Source of the DNA: an uncultured Pseudomonadales bacterium
GTDB taxonomy: Bacteria; Patescibacteriota; Microgenomatia; UBA1400; CAYXSR01
Direction of reading: 5' to 3'
DNA: 64,000 nucleotides
NCBI GenBank assembly: GCA_964467735.1
Contig: CAYXSR010000001.1
Location: 23,244-87,243, forward strand
Positions 28,470-39,025 of this stretch are shown here, piece by piece. The position numbers and the translations under genes were made by a program. How positions within the stretch are numbered: position 1 is the stretch's first letter; each line of letters starts with the position of its first letter. The notes beneath the pieces were generated by a model. It did not search any database and was not told where the DNA came from. It was given only the letters and a program-made list of their open reading frames with translations.

Positions 28470-29040
28470 GTTTTTTCACCTTATTCAAAATTTCTTGATA
28501 AATTCTTTGAATTGTCTGTTCACCATCAATTATTTTTAATACTCCTAATTTTTTATAGAAATCTAGAACATCTTTTTCACCCTTTTTATAAATCCTTAAT
28601 CTTTCTCTTATTTTGTCTTTAGAGTCATGAAGACTTCCATCTGGACTAATTCTTCCTCTTTTTACTAACCTTTCAATTGAGATTTTTTCTCTTACTTTAA
28701 GATAAAAAACAAAATCTATTTTCTTATTATACTTATCTAATTTCTCTTGTAAAAATTCTGCTTGGCTTGGATTGCGAGGAAAACCATCCAATACCCAACC
28801 ATCCTGGGCATCTGACTGTTTTAGTCTATTTTTCCATAGAACAAACATCTCTGAATCAGCCACATAATGTCCTATTGATAAGGATTCACGACACACGTCA
28901 CCCATTATTCCTTTATCTTCCGCGGCGTATTTTCTAACCAAATCGCCTGACCCTAAGTAAGGCAATTTTAATTCTTTAGCTAAAAGTTTTGCTTGAGTTG
29001 ATTTACCTGATCCTTCAGGTCCATAAAAAATAATATACAT
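28453..29040 (-). CDS. adk: adenylate kinase (short, lid without zinc knuckle)
   Basis: MYIIFYGPEGSGKSTQAKLLA...GFPRN. Confidence 0.85.
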   Translation of the reverse strand: MYIIFYGPEGSGKSTQAKLLAKELKLPYLGSGDLVRKYAAEDKGIMGDVCRESLSIGHYVADSEMFVLWKNRLKQSDAQDGWVLDGFPRNPSQAEFLQEKLDKYNKKIDFVFYLKVREKISIERLVKRGRISPDGSLHDSKDKIRERLRIYKKGEKDVLDFYKKLGVLKIIDGEQTIQRIYQEILNKVKKHESEK

Positions 29041-29077
29041 AAGCCCTCCTAATCGACCTAATTTAGGTTAACTTAAT

Positions 29078-30361
29078 TTATTCTAAAAAACCTTCATAAT
29101 TTCTCATTAAAAGCTGTGACTCTATTGATTTGGCTGTTTCTAAAATTACCGAAACAACAATTAAAATACCTGTTCCACCGATCATCATTGTTGTTATACC
29201 AGTTAGAGAACGAACGATTGAAGGTAAAATTGCAATAATACCCAAAAAAACCGCCCCAGCTAAAGTTACTCTAGTTAAAATATTTTTTAAATAATCAGCA
29301 GTTGGCTTTCCTGGCCTTATACCAGGAATAAATCCACCATATTTTCTAATTTCTTCGGCAATTTTTTCTGGATTGAAAGTAACTGCAGTATAGAAATAAG
29401 TAAAACCAATTACCAAAAGAAAATAAATTAGATTATAGAAAATGTTGCTAGGATCAAATAGTTTTATTAACCAAAAACCTAAAGATGAAAAAGGTGATGA
29501 AGAGAGTGTTTGTAACCATTTACCAACCATTGAAGGAATTAAAACTAAAGAAACGGCAAAAATTATTGGGATTACTCCTGCCTGATTGATTCTCAACGGT
29601 AAACTGGTTGTTTTTCCTCCATAAAGTTTCCTTCCAACAACCCTTTTAGCATAAGAAACTCTAACTTCTCTTTTTGCTTCATTTACAAAACAAACAGCAC
29701 TAATAACCCCTATAGACATCGCAACAAAAATTAATAAGTGAAGCATATTTATTGTATCGATAACTGAGAAAGTCTGAGCTAAAGAAGTCGGTAAACCACC
29801 AATAATTCCTCCAAAAATTAACAGAGAAATACCATTACCAATCCCATATTGAGTAATTAATTCTCCCAACCACATTAAAAATAAACATCCACTAGTCATC
29901 GCTAAAATAGTTGAAGTTAAATTAAGAACATTTAATTGTTGTATAACTCCCTGGTTACGTAAGATAGCTATTATTCCAAAAGATTGGATAATAGCTAAAG
30001 GGATTGTCAAAAACCTAGTGTATTGATTTATTTTTTCTCGACCATATTCGCCTTCTTTTTGAAGTTCTTCTAATTTTGGAAAAACCATTGTAAGTAATTG
30101 AAGAGCAATAGAAGCATTAATATATGGTCCTAAACTTAAAGCGATAATTGAAAAATTACTTAAAGTTCCTCCGGAAAAAAGATTAAGTAATCCTAAGAAT
30201 TGATTTCTATTAAAAAGCGTTCTTAAAGCTAATAAGTTGACACCTGGAACTGGAATGTGAGCCACAAAACGAAAAACTATAAAAATCAGAAAAGTTATCA
30301 AAAATTTCTTTCTCAATTCATAAGTTTTAAAGAGGCTAGTAAAAACCTTAAAAACTTTCAC
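29078..30361 (-). CDS. secY: preprotein translocase subunit SecY
   Basis: 10-TM protein, 427 aa, in canonical position after L15. Confidence 0.95.
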   Translation of the reverse strand: MKVFKVFTSLFKTYELRKKFLITFLIFIVFRFVAHIPVPGVNLLALRTLFNRNQFLGLLNLFSGGTLSNFSIIALSLGPYINASIALQLLTMVFPKLEELQKEGEYGREKINQYTRFLTIPLAIIQSFGIIAILRNQGVIQQLNVLNLTSTILAMTSGCLFLMWLGELITQYGIGNGISLLIFGGIIGGLPTSLAQTFSVIDTINMLHLLIFVAMSIGVISAVCFVNEAKREVRVSYAKRVVGRKLYGGKTTSLPLRINQAGVIPIIFAVSLVLIPSMVGKWLQTLSSSPFSSLGFWLIKLFDPSNIFYNLIYFLLVIGFTYFYTAVTFNPEKIAEEIRKYGGFIPGIRPGKPTADYLKNILTRVTLAGAVFLGIIAILPSIVRSLTGITTMMIGGTGILIVVSVILETAKSIESQLLMRNYEGFLE

Positions 30362-30804
30362 TGAATGACTTTTCCTCCTAGCTTTTCAATTTGTTTTTGC
30401 GCCCCTTTTGAAGTTGGCAATTTTACGGTTAACTTCTTGGTTAACTTACCATCTCCTAAAATTTTTACCCCTAAATCTTTTGCTTCTTTACCGACAATCT
30501 TGTTTTCAATCAACATCTCTAGATTAACCTCAGTCTTATCAGGAAAAAGATTCAAATATTCAATATCAAGAATTAAGGGTTTTTGTTTTATCGATTTAAA
30601 TTTCCCTTTTCCTCTTTGGAAAGGTAATCTTTTAATTAATGATTTACGCATCTTTGTCCCCTCAAATAAGAGTCCTACTTTTTTTCTTGCTTTCCTTCCT
30701 TTTGCTCCTCTACCTGAAGTATGGCCTCCTTTACCTGAACCATAACCAAGTCCTCTTCTTTTTTTTGATCGGCTAGTTGTTTTTGGCAAATTATTTAGCT
30801 CCAT
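30358..30804 (-). CDS. rplO: 50S ribosomal protein L15
   Basis: [21 protein letters not shown]. Confidence 0.9.
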   Translation of the reverse strand: MELNNLPKTTSRSKKRRGLGYGSGKGGHTSGRGAKGRKARKKVGLLFEGTKMRKSLIKRLPFQRGKGKFKSIKQKPLILDIEYLNLFPDKTEVNLEMLIENKIVGKEAKDLGVKILGDGKLTKKLTVKLPTSKGAQKQIEKLGGKVIQ

Positions 30805-31261
30805 CTCTATCTCCTTTTAATTTCTTCAATGCCGCAATTGTTGCGTAGACATTGCTGATTTTTTTTCTTGTTCCTAAAATTTTAGCCACAATATTTTTGA
30901 TCCCCGCCGCATCAACTACTGCTCTCACTGCTCCTCCAGCAATAACTCCTGTTCCATCGGGGGCTGGTTTTAATAGAATCTTAGCTGCTCCTCTTTTGAT
31001 GTAAACTTCATGAGGAATGGTGTTTCCTTTTAAAGAAATTTTAAAAAGATTTCTTTTCCCTAACCTTATCGCTTTTTGAATTGCTGAGACTGTATCAGGG
31101 GCTTTACCAAAACCGACTCCGACCTTACCTTTTTTATCACCAATAACTGCCAGGACAGAAAAACTAATTTTATTCCCTCCTTTGGTTTTTTTAGAAACTC
31201 TATTAATTTTGATTATTTTTTCTTCAAATTCGCTCTTTATTTGTTCTGGTGTATTAGCCAT
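30791..31261 (-). CDS. rpsE: 30S ribosomal protein S5
   Basis: [24 protein letters not shown]. Overlaps rplO, so there is no L30 gene between them. Confidence 0.9.
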   Translation of the reverse strand: MANTPEQIKSEFEEKIIKINRVSKKTKGGNKISFSVLAVIGDKKGKVGVGFGKAPDTVSAIQKAIRLGKRNLFKISLKGNTIPHEVYIKRGAAKILLKPAPDGTGVIAGGAVRAVVDAAGIKNIVAKILGTRKKISNVYATIAALKKLKGDRDGAK

Positions 31262-31623
31262 TAAAATTTAAGACCTCCTTTTCTCGCTCCTTCTGCTAAG
31301 GCTTTAATTCTTCCGTGATACTTATAATTACCCTTATCAAAAACAACTTGTTTAATTTTTTTTACCAGGGCTTTTTTTGCTAAAATTTCACCCAAGAGAT
31401 AGGCTTCTTTAATCTTTTTACTTTCACCCTTTTCAACTTTTATTGATTTAGTAATTTCTTTAGGATCAACAGCAATTAAAGTTTTTCCTTGTTTATCATC
31501 AATTATCTGGGCATAAATATACTCATTAGAACGAAAAACAGACAATCTTAATCTATCGGAAAATCTTTTGATTTTTTTTCTAGTCCTTAATTTAGCTCTG
31601 GAAACTCTGTTTATATTTCTCAT
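31261..31623 (-). CDS. rplR: 50S ribosomal protein L18
   Basis: RLSVFRSNEYIYAQIIDD. Confidence 0.9.
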   Translation of the reverse strand: MRNINRVSRAKLRTRKKIKRFSDRLRLSVFRSNEYIYAQIIDDKQGKTLIAVDPKEITKSIKVEKGESKKIKEAYLLGEILAKKALVKKIKQVVFDKGNYKYHGRIKALAEGARKGGLKF

Positions 31624-31624
31624 T

Positions 31625-32185
31625 TTAAGCTGTTCCTCCTTCTGCCCCTACCTTCGCCGTCTTCCCTGGTTTAAGCTTCACAAATTCATTCTGATAACGA
31701 ATACCTTTTCCCTTATAAGGTTCTGGTTTTTTTACTTCTCTTATTTTAGCTGCCAATTGACCAACTAATTGTTTATTTGTTCCTAAAACATGAATAAATT
31801 TATTTTCTTCTACTTTAAATTCAATTCCCTCAGGAGGTTCTATTATTATTGGATGGGAAAAGCCAACATTCAATTTAAGATTTTTCCCTTCTAAAGAAAC
31901 TCGATAACCAGTTCCTTGAATTTCTAAAGTTTTCGAAAATCCTTCAGTAACCCCCTGAATCATATTAGCAATTAAAGTCCGACTCAAACCATGAAGAGAT
32001 CTTGCAATTTTAGAGTCATTTTTTCTTCTTACTATTATTGTCTTATTTTCGGCTTCAACTTCTATTTCTGGTCGAAGACTTATTTTTAATTCTCCCTTCG
32101 GACCTTTTATAGCTACAACATTTCCTTCTTTTATAAAAGTAACTGTATCGGGCAATTGAATTGGTTGGGAACCGACTTTACTCAT
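31625..32185 (-). CDS. rplF: 50S ribosomal protein L6
   Basis: MSKVGSQPIQLPD start (internal Met of the tracked ORF). Two L6 repeats. Confidence 0.85.
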   Translation of the reverse strand: MSKVGSQPIQLPDTVTFIKEGNVVAIKGPKGELKISLRPEIEVEAENKTIIVRRKNDSKIARSLHGLSRTLIANMIQGVTEGFSKTLEIQGTGYRVSLEGKNLKLNVGFSHPIIIEPPEGIEFKVEENKFIHVLGTNKQLVGQLAAKIREVKKPEPYKGKGIRYQNEFVKLKPGKTAKVGAEGGTA

Positions 32186-32189
32186 ATTT

Positions 32190-32585
32190 TTACCAAACTT
32201 TACAAATAATTTCTCCTCCAAGTCCTTTTTTTCTGGCTTCTTTATTAGTCATCAATCCTTGTGATGTGGATACAATTCCTATTCCGTAACCAGACAAAAC
32301 ATAAGGCAATTTATCCTTAGGACTATATAAACGACGGCTAGGTTTAGAAACCCTTTTAATCTCAGTTATGGCAGGTTCTCCTCGTTTATATTTCAAGGTT
32401 AAGATTAATAGTTGTTTTAGTTTATCCTTGTTATCAAGTTGATAATCTGCTAAAAACCCATTTCTGACTAGAATTTTAACAATCTTCTCTTTAACCTTTG
32501 AATAAGGAAGTTTTACTATTTGTTTTTTAGACAAATAAGCATTTTTAATTCTTGCTAACATATCTCCAATTGAATCAGAATACAT
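32190..32585 (-). CDS. rpsH: 30S ribosomal protein S8
   Basis: DSIGDMLARIKNA. Confidence 0.9.
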   Translation of the reverse strand: MYSDSIGDMLARIKNAYLSKKQIVKLPYSKVKEKIVKILVRNGFLADYQLDNKDKLKQLLILTLKYKRGEPAITEIKRVSKPSRRLYSPKDKLPYVLSGYGIGIVSTSQGLMTNKEARKKGLGGEIICKVW

Positions 32586-32595
32586 AATCCTCCCT

Positions 32596-32781
32596 TTACC
32601 AACTCGCTTTAGTCACACCAGGCAATTCTCCCCGATGAGCTAATTTACGAAAACAAAGTCGACAAAGTCCAAATAAACGAATATAGGCCCTTGGACGACC
32701 ACATAATCGACAACGATTATGAATTCTCGTTTTATATTTTAATTGTTTTTTTTGTTTAGCAAATTTAGAAACTTTTGCCAT
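32596..32781 (-). CDS. rpsN: 30S ribosomal protein S14, type Z (zinc-binding)
   Basis: 61 aa, CRLCGRP...CRLCFR. Confidence 0.9.
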   Translation of the reverse strand: MAKVSKFAKQKKQLKYKTRIHNRCRLCGRPRAYIRLFGLCRLCFRKLAHRGELPGVTKASW

Positions 32782-32783
32782 TA

Positions 32784-33359
32784 TTACTTCTCCTTTTGAA
32801 TCTTTTCAAATGGCATACCTAATAATTCTAATAATCTTTCTGTTTTCTTGACATCTCTCGAATTACTAATAAGAGTTATTTCCATTCCTCTTATCTTGTC
32901 AATTTTATCATAATCTGCCTCAGGAAAAATGATTTGTTCTCTTAATCCAAGAGTATAATTACCCATTTTATCAAAGGCTGTTCTTTTTGTTCCTTGAAAA
33001 TCTCTCATTCTTGGCAAAACAATACTAAATAATTTATCGAGAAATTGATACATTCTTTTTTTTCTTAAAGTCACTTTTAAACCTACTATGTCTCCTTTTC
33101 TCATCTTGAATTCAGCAATTGCTTTTTTTGCCTTTCTTACTGAAGGATATTGTCCAGTAATTGCTGTTAAGCTATTAATTGCTTTTTCTATCGCCGTTTT
33201 ATCATGACTAATTTCACCAATACCTACATTGATGATCAACTTTTCAATTTTTGGTACACCTAACTTATTTTTAATTCCAAACTCTTTTTGTAACTGAGGA
33301 ACAACTTCTGTTATATATTTTTGTTCTAGTCGTGACTTACTTAGATCGTTGCTTGACAT
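32784..33359 (-). CDS. rplE: 50S ribosomal protein L5
   Basis: Full-length L5, 191 aa. Confidence 0.9.
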   Translation of the reverse strand: MSSNDLSKSRLEQKYITEVVPQLQKEFGIKNKLGVPKIEKLIINVGIGEISHDKTAIEKAINSLTAITGQYPSVRKAKKAIAEFKMRKGDIVGLKVTLRKKRMYQFLDKLFSIVLPRMRDFQGTKRTAFDKMGNYTLGLREQIIFPEADYDKIDKIRGMEITLISNSRDVKKTERLLELLGMPFEKIQKEK

Positions 33360-33646
33360 TTTTTACAAATCCTTTCTTTTTTGCCATTAGTCATCCGAAA
33401 ACCAATTTTAGTTGTCTTTTTACAAGTTGGACAAACAAAAACTACTTTGCTAGTTGCTAATGGTCGAACAACATCAATAATTCCTCCCGGTTGCTTTTCT
33501 CCTTGAGGTTTAACATGTTTTTTATAAATATTAACACCTCCAACAATAATTGTATCCTTCTTCGATAATATTTTTTCAATTTTTCCTACTTTACCTTTAT
33601 CTCTACCAATTATTACTTTTACTGAATCTCCCTTCTTAAGTTTCAT
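33341..33646 (-). CDS. rplX: 50S ribosomal protein L24 with C-terminal C4 zinc ribbon
   Basis: KKGDSVKVIIGRDKGK KOW motif. C-terminus CPTC...CKKC replaces the usual Cys-free tail. Confidence 0.85.
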   Translation of the reverse strand: MKLKKGDSVKVIIGRDKGKVGKIEKILSKKDTIIVGGVNIYKKHVKPQGEKQPGGIIDVVRPLATSKVVFVCPTCKKTTKIGFRMTNGKKERICKKCQATI

Positions 33647-34017
33647 AAAACCTCCCCCGCCAAAGAGGCAATTTTATTAAAACCTAATTCTTTTACCTCT
33701 CTTGCTATTGGGCCAAAAACGCGTGTTCCAATAGGTTCTTTGTTTTCCATGTCGTTAATAACTACAGCAGCATTATCATCAAAGCGAACATAGGATCCAT
33801 CTGGTCGACGGTGTTCCTTTCGAACTCTCACAATAACTGCTTTAACTATTTGAGCGTCTTGAACCTGACCATTAGGATCGGCCTGATCAACTACACAAGT
33901 AACTATACCTCCTAAATAGCCAAAACGTCTTTTAGAACCACCGTGGATATGAATTACCTGTAATCTTTTTGCTCCTGAATTATCTGCTGGTCTCAAAATC
34001 GTTCTAAATTGAATCAT
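33643..34017 (-). CDS. rplN: 50S ribosomal protein L14
   Basis: MIQFRTILRPADNSGAK. Confidence 0.9.
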   Translation of the reverse strand: MIQFRTILRPADNSGAKRLQVIHIHGGSKRRFGYLGGIVTCVVDQADPNGQVQDAQIVKAVIVRVRKEHRRPDGSYVRFDDNAAVVINDMENKEPIGTRVFGPIAREVKELGFNKIASLAGEVL

Positions 34018-34244
34018 TTTTTAACTACCTCAATTACTTTAAAATTTTTATTTCTGCTAATTGGCCGACATTCTTCAATAGTAACAATATCCCCTTCTTT
34101 AACACCTAATTTGTCGTCTACTAAATATCTTTTTTTACGACGAATCTTTTTTTTGTAAATAGGGTGGGTCCAAAATCTTTCTACTTCAACAACAATTGTC
34201 TCATTCATTTTTGTACTCATTACCATTCCTGTTAGTCTTTTCAT
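34014..34244 (-). CDS. rpsQ: 30S ribosomal protein S17
   Basis: GMVMSTKMNETIVVEVER. Confidence 0.9.
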   Translation of the reverse strand: MKRLTGMVMSTKMNETIVVEVERFWTHPIYKKKIRRKKRYLVDDKLGVKEGDIVTIEECRPISRNKNFKVIEVVKK

Positions 34245-34441
34245 TTTTTCTCCTTTTCCTTAATTATTGTCTTTACAATTGCTATTTCTTTTCTTTTTTT
34301 ACAAACATTATGTAAGTCCTTAAGTTGACCGATTGATTTATCAATATTTAATTGGGTCAATTCCTGACTTAATTTCTCTAAAAATTGATAGAGTTCGCTT
34401 ATTGTTTTTTGATGTAATTCTTTTATGTTTTCTTTTTTCAT
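34241..34441 (-). CDS. rpmC: 50S ribosomal protein L29
   Basis: 66-aa helical protein in the canonical slot between L16 and S17. Confidence 0.8.
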   Translation of the reverse strand: MKKENIKELHQKTISELYQFLEKLSQELTQLNIDKSIGQLKDLHNVCKKRKEIAIVKTIIKEKEKK

Positions 34442-34848
34442 TCTTCTTTTTTAACAAATAAAGTTTTAATTGGTATTTTGTTTGCTGCTAGGTACATTGC
34501 TCTTTTGGCAACTTCTTCTGTTACACCAGCTAATTCAAAAATTATTCTTCCTGGTTTAACCACGGCTACATAACCCTCTATATCTCCCTTACCACCACCC
34601 ATTCTTACTCCAGCGCCTTTTTTAGTATATGGTTTATCGGGAAAAATCCGGATCCATAACTTTCCAGTTTTTTTAGTAAGATGGGTAATTGATTTTCTGG
34701 CAGCTTCAATTTGTTTAGAATGAATCCAGCCTCTTTGTTCCGCTTTCAAAGCATATTCCCCAAAGCTAATCTGGTTGCCTCTTTGAGCTTCTCCTCTCAT
34801 CTTACCTCTAAATTGTTTTCTATATTTTTGTCTTTTAGGCTGTAACAT
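34438..34848 (-). CDS. rplP: 50S ribosomal protein L16
   Basis: [19 protein letters not shown]. Confidence 0.9.
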   Translation of the reverse strand: MLQPKRQKYRKQFRGKMRGEAQRGNQISFGEYALKAEQRGWIHSKQIEAARKSITHLTKKTGKLWIRIFPDKPYTKKGAGVRMGGGKGDIEGYVAVVKPGRIIFELAGVTEEVAKRAMYLAANKIPIKTLFVKKEE

Positions 34849-34859
34849 ATTATTAGAAA

Positions 34860-35504
34860 TTATTTTATTTCTTTCTCTCCTTTATAAATCCATACTTTTA
34901 CTCCAATATAACCTGACTTAGTTAAGGCTGGCATTTGAACATAATCTATATCTGCTCTTATTGTCTGTAAGGGAATCGTTCCCCGGCTATATTTTTCTCT
35001 CCTGCTAATCTCTGCTCCAGCAATTCTTCCTGATAAAGCAATCTTTATTCCCTTAGCTCCAGCCGCCATTACTTTCTCGATTGCTTGCGAAACAGCTCGT
35101 CGATGAGGATAACGTTTAATTAATTGGTCAACAATTCTTTGAGCTACTAATCTAGCTGATAAATCTGGGTTTTTCACTTCTTCTATATCTATTTTAAGAT
35201 CTTTATTAGCATCTATTTTAAGCTTTTTTGCTATTTGTTTTTTAAGTAGTTCTAAACCAGAACCACCACGACCAATAACAACACCAGGTCTTGAAACATG
35301 AATTATAATTCTAACTTTATTAATTGACCTTTCGATATCAACTTTAACTACTCCAGCCGCAGTCAATTTTTCCATTAAAAAACGACGAAGCTTCACGTCT
35401 TGTAATAAAAATTCTTTATAATCTTTACCTTGAGCAAACCAACGTGAGGCCCAGCTGTAGGTCTTACCTAATCTAAAACCAAAAGGATTAACTTTTTGTC
35501 CCAT
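34860..35504 (-). CDS. rpsC: 30S ribosomal protein S3
   Basis: [13 protein letters not shown] with KH domain. Confidence 0.9.
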   Translation of the reverse strand: MGQKVNPFGFRLGKTYSWASRWFAQGKDYKEFLLQDVKLRRFLMEKLTAAGVVKVDIERSINKVRIIIHVSRPGVVIGRGGSGLELLKKQIAKKLKIDANKDLKIDIEEVKNPDLSARLVAQRIVDQLIKRYPHRRAVSQAIEKVMAAGAKGIKIALSGRIAGAEISRREKYSRGTIPLQTIRADIDYVQMPALTKSGYIGVKVWIYKGEKEIK

Positions 35505-35853
35505 TATTTGCCTCCACTTTTGCTTGTAATATTACTATTATGTGACTTGTTCTTTTTAAAATTCTATGTGCTCTTCCTCTAGATGCTGCTTGCCAACGTT
35601 TATAAGTTGGACCTTCATTTATTTTAATTTCTTTAAAAGTCAAGTCTTCTTCCTTCAACTTAGAATTATTAACAGCATTGGCTATTGCTGATTTGATTGT
35701 CTTTCTTAAAACTTTCGCGGCTCTTTTATTGATAAACTGTAATTGTTCAACTGCTTGGCTTGGTTTTAGATTCCGAACCGCATCAGCAATTAGTCGTAGT
35801 TTTCTTGGCGAAGTTCTAATATATTTGGTTTCTGATCTTATTAATTTATTCAT
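35488..35853 (-). CDS. rplV: 50S ribosomal protein L22
   Basis: IRTSPRKLRLIADAVRN. Confidence 0.9.
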   Translation of the reverse strand: MNKLIRSETKYIRTSPRKLRLIADAVRNLKPSQAVEQLQFINKRAAKVLRKTIKSAIANAVNNSKLKEEDLTFKEIKINEGPTYKRWQAASRGRAHRILKRTSHIIVILQAKVEANNGTKS

Positions 35854-35854
35854 T

Positions 35855-36139
35855 TTAAGTCTTGGTAATAATACGTTTTACCATTTTCCCATGACCTCTA
35901 AAAGTTCTTGTTGGAGAAAATTCTCCTAAACGATGACCCACCATCGCTTCACTAACAAAAACTTCTTTAAATATTCTTCCGTTATGAACTAAAAAAGTAT
36001 GACCAACAAACTCGGGTGGAATTTGTGAAGATCTTGCCCAAGTTTTAATTGGTTCTTTTCTTCCTGTCTGTTTCTGTTTCAAAACTTTTTTTAATAATTT
36101 TTCATCAATATATGGTCCTTTTTTACTTGATCTACTCAT
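35855..36139 (-). CDS. rpsS: 30S ribosomal protein S19
   Basis: SSKKGPYID...VHNGR. Confidence 0.9.
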   Translation of the reverse strand: MSRSSKKGPYIDEKLLKKVLKQKQTGRKEPIKTWARSSQIPPEFVGHTFLVHNGRIFKEVFVSEAMVGHRLGEFSPTRTFRGHGKMVKRIITKT

Positions 36140-36141
36140 TC

Positions 36142-36969
36142 TTATTTTCTCCTTTTAATTATAAGTTTATTTGAGTATTTTTTTCTCTTTCTTGTTTTTT
36201 TACCTAAGGTTTTCTTTCCCCATGGAGATTTCGGTGAAGGCATACCAATTCCTGATCTCCCTTCTCCTCCACCATGAGGATGAGCACCTGGATGCATTGC
36301 TACACCACGAACACTTGGACGCCAACCCATTAATCTTTTTCTACCTGCTTTTCCTAATTGAATATTTTTTAACTGGAGATTCCCAATTTGACCTAAAGTA
36401 GCAAAACTCTCAGGAGAAAATTTACGAATCTCACCTGATGGCAATTTTACTAAAACCGCATTTTTTTCTTTTGATTGAATAAAAGCGGCTGTTCCTGCTC
36501 CTCTTACCATTTGGCCTCCTCCTCCGGGAGTAATCTCTAGATTATGAATAGGTGTCCCCACAGGGATCTTTTTTAAAGGAAGACAATTCCCTACTTTTAA
36601 GTCGGCTTTTTCACTACTAACTATTTCAGTATTTACTTTTAAGCCTTCAGGGGCAAGAATATAACGTTTCTCGCCATCTTTATAAACCGCTAAAGCCACA
36701 TTTGCCCCTCTATTGGGATCATATTCTATTGTCTTGATAACTGCCTTTATATCTTTTTTATCTCTTTTAAAATCGATCTTTCTTAAAAATCTCTTCTGCC
36801 GACCACCTCTATGTCTAATAGTTACTTTACCTTTATTATTGCGGCCAGAACGAGCTTGTAAAATTTCTCTTAAACTTTTTTCCGGTCTCACATCAGCTAA
36901 TTTTTTCTTTTCCTCGATATCTATTCTATGTCTAAGTCCTGGTGTAATTGGTCTTCTTTTTTTTAACAT
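36142..36969 (-). CDS. rplB: 50S ribosomal protein L2
   Basis: [13 protein letters not shown]...HPHGGGEG. Confidence 0.9.
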   Translation of the reverse strand: MLKKRRPITPGLRHRIDIEEKKKLADVRPEKSLREILQARSGRNNKGKVTIRHRGGRQKRFLRKIDFKRDKKDIKAVIKTIEYDPNRGANVALAVYKDGEKRYILAPEGLKVNTEIVSSEKADLKVGNCLPLKKIPVGTPIHNLEITPGGGGQMVRGAGTAAFIQSKEKNAVLVKLPSGEIRKFSPESFATLGQIGNLQLKNIQLGKAGRKRLMGWRPSVRGVAMHPGAHPHGGGEGRSGIGMPSPKSPWGKKTLGKKTRKRKKYSNKLIIKRRK

Positions 36970-37265
36970 TATTTTCCTTTTTCTTCAAAAATTTCTATTT
37001 TTTGACCTTCTTTGAGTCTAACAATGACTTTTTTCCAAGGAGTGCCTTGTTTTAGTTGTCTTTTTTTCCCTACCCTTTTTGCCCTTCCAACTAAATTCAT
37101 TGTCCATACTTTTTCAACATCAACTTTAAAAATATCTTCTATTGCTTGTTTTAGTTGATGTTTATTGCTTAAATTATCAACCATAAAAACATATTTACCA
37201 TTCTCTTTAGCAACAAAGCTTTTTTCCGAAACAATTGGTTTTTTAACAATGTTTACTTTTTCCAT
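36969..37265 (-). CDS. rplW: 50S ribosomal protein L23
   Basis: KPIVSEKS...YVFMVD. Confidence 0.85.
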   Translation of the reverse strand: MEKVNIVKKPIVSEKSFVAKENGKYVFMVDNLSNKHQLKQAIEDIFKVDVEKVWTMNLVGRAKRVGKKRQLKQGTPWKKVIVRLKEGQKIEIFEEKGK

Positions 37266-37921
37266 TTCTTTTTTTGACTAACTTTCTTTTTATTCAAAAA
37301 AACTTTTTCTAAAACATCAATGCTTTCTTCTGTTAAAATTAAATTTTTCGTTCTAATGATTTGATAAACGTTAAGTTGACTCGCCTGTATTAAAACTAAT
37401 CTTGCAATGTTTCTTCCCGCTTTAAATACATTATCCCAAAGTTTAGGTAAAACAATAACGTTCCTTTTTTCTTTTAATTTTAGTTTTTTCATAATTTTTA
37501 CTAATTCTTTTGTTTTTGGTTTAATCTTATCCAAACCACTAATTACAATTAAGTTTTTATCTTTTAATTTTTTTGTTAAAGCGCTAAAAAGAGCTTTTTT
37601 CTTCATTTTTTTAGGCATTTTTAACTTAAAGTTTTCTTTCCCTGTTGGCCCATGTACTACACCACCACCAACAAAAATGGGTGCCCGAATATCTCCATGT
37701 CTTGCCCTTCCTGTTCCCTTCTGTCGCCATATTTTTCTTGTTGATCCTCTTACTTCCCCTCTCTGTTTAGTTTTAGCTCCGCCTTGTCTTTTATTGGCTA
37801 AGTATACTTTGATTGCCTGAGCAATCAATTGATCGTTTATCTTAGCTGAAAAAATTTCTTTCGGTAAAGAAATTTCCTTTACTTTTTCTCCTTTGGTATT
37901 CAAAACTGATACTTTTACCAT
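37253..37921 (-). CDS. rplD: 50S ribosomal protein L4
   Basis: 222 aa, KTKQRGEVRGSTRKIWRQKGTGRAR. Confidence 0.9.
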   Translation of the reverse strand: MVKVSVLNTKGEKVKEISLPKEIFSAKINDQLIAQAIKVYLANKRQGGAKTKQRGEVRGSTRKIWRQKGTGRARHGDIRAPIFVGGGVVHGPTGKENFKLKMPKKMKKKALFSALTKKLKDKNLIVISGLDKIKPKTKELVKIMKKLKLKEKRNVIVLPKLWDNVFKAGRNIARLVLIQASQLNVYQIIRTKNLILTEESIDVLEKVFLNKKKVSQKKKWKK

Positions 37922-37922
37922 T

Positions 37923-38576
37923 TTATTTATTAAGTTTAGTAATTTTAATAAGACTTTTTTTTGGTCCGGGAACTAATCCTTTTAACCAAATTTCATTCTT
38001 TTCTTTATCTATTTTAAAAACTTTTAATCTTTTAATAGTTTTAATTATGTTCCCCATATGGCCAGCCATTTTTTTTCCTTTCCAAACTCTACCAGGGGTA
38101 GTTCGCTGACCAATAGAACCGGGCGCTCTCTCCCTATCGGATTGGCCATGAGTTCTGGGTCCACCAGCAAAACCCCAGCGTTTTACTACACCAGCAAAAC
38201 CTTTCCCCTTTGTCTTACCAGTAACTTTTACTCGATTTCCCTCTTGTAGTATTTCCTCGGCTTTTATCTCGTCACCAATCTTCATTTTCTTTACTTCTTC
38301 CTCGTTTGTTTTGCTTAGTTTAACTTCTCTTAAATATAAAGGAGCCGTATTTTTATAGCCGGCTCCCTTAATCTTCTCTTTTAAAGGTTTACTAATTCTC
38401 TTAATACCTTTATTACCAACACCTAATTGAAGAGCCCAATAGCCATCTTTATCTTTAGTTTTTATCTGAACAACACGACAAGGATTAGCTTTTATTTTAG
38501 TAACCACTAACCGTTTACCTTTTTCGTCAAAGGTTTGTATCTGGCTAATTTTAGTTCCGTAAATTGTATTTATCAT
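37923..38576 (-). CDS. rplC: 50S ribosomal protein L3
   Basis: Likely start at MINTIYGTKISQIQTFDE. The tracked ORF has an N-terminal read-through extension. Confidence 0.85.
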   Translation of the reverse strand: MINTIYGTKISQIQTFDEKGKRLVVTKIKANPCRVVQIKTKDKDGYWALQLGVGNKGIKRISKPLKEKIKGAGYKNTAPLYLREVKLSKTNEEEVKKMKIGDEIKAEEILQEGNRVKVTGKTKGKGFAGVVKRWGFAGGPRTHGQSDRERAPGSIGQRTTPGRVWKGKKMAGHMGNIIKTIKRLKVFKIDKEKNEIWLKGLVPGPKKSLIKITKLNK

Positions 38577-38635
38577 ATTTTTTGCCAAACAAAAACTACC
38601 TCCGGTCAAAAACTCAAAGAGGAATAAAACTTTTA

Positions 38636-38944
38636 TTACATTTTTACTTCTATTCCGACACCGGCAGGCAGTTCCAAGTGCATCAAGGAATCAATAGTCT
38701 TATTGGTTGGCTGAATAATATCAATCAGCCTCTTATGAGTTAAGACCTGAAAATGTTCTCGAGCATCTTTATCAGTATGTGGACTGGTTACTACGGCAAT
38801 TAACTTCCTTCTAGTCGGTAAAGGAACCGGTCCAATTACTTTAGCTCCTGTTGATAGGGCAGTCTCTAAAATCTTTTGACAACATTCATCAATTACTCGA
38901 TGATCAAAAGCTTTTAGTTTTACTCTAATTCTGTCTTTTGGCAT
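38636..38944 (-). CDS. rpsJ: 30S ribosomal protein S10
   Basis: RIRVKLKAFDHRVID...GPVPLPTRR. Confidence 0.9.
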   Translation of the reverse strand: MPKDRIRVKLKAFDHRVIDECCQKILETALSTGAKVIGPVPLPTRRKLIAVVTSPHTDKDAREHFQVLTHKRLIDIIQPTNKTIDSLMHLELPAGVGIEVKM

Positions 38945-39025
38945 TTTAAAGAACAAGCATAACCAAGGTTGATTGTTTTTATCAGTCCTGGTTTAATGCT
39001 TTTTTTTAAATTTCCTTTTACCAAT

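Noticed and set aside
30791-30804. A missed rpmD (L30) gene between rpsE and rplO
   Set aside because: rpsE and rplO overlap by 14 nt, so there is no space. L30 is genuinely absent from this locus.
37407-37820. 137-aa plus-strand ORF
   Set aside because: Antisense to rplD within a perfectly conserved ribosomal operon. A spurious open frame caused by AT-rich codon bias.
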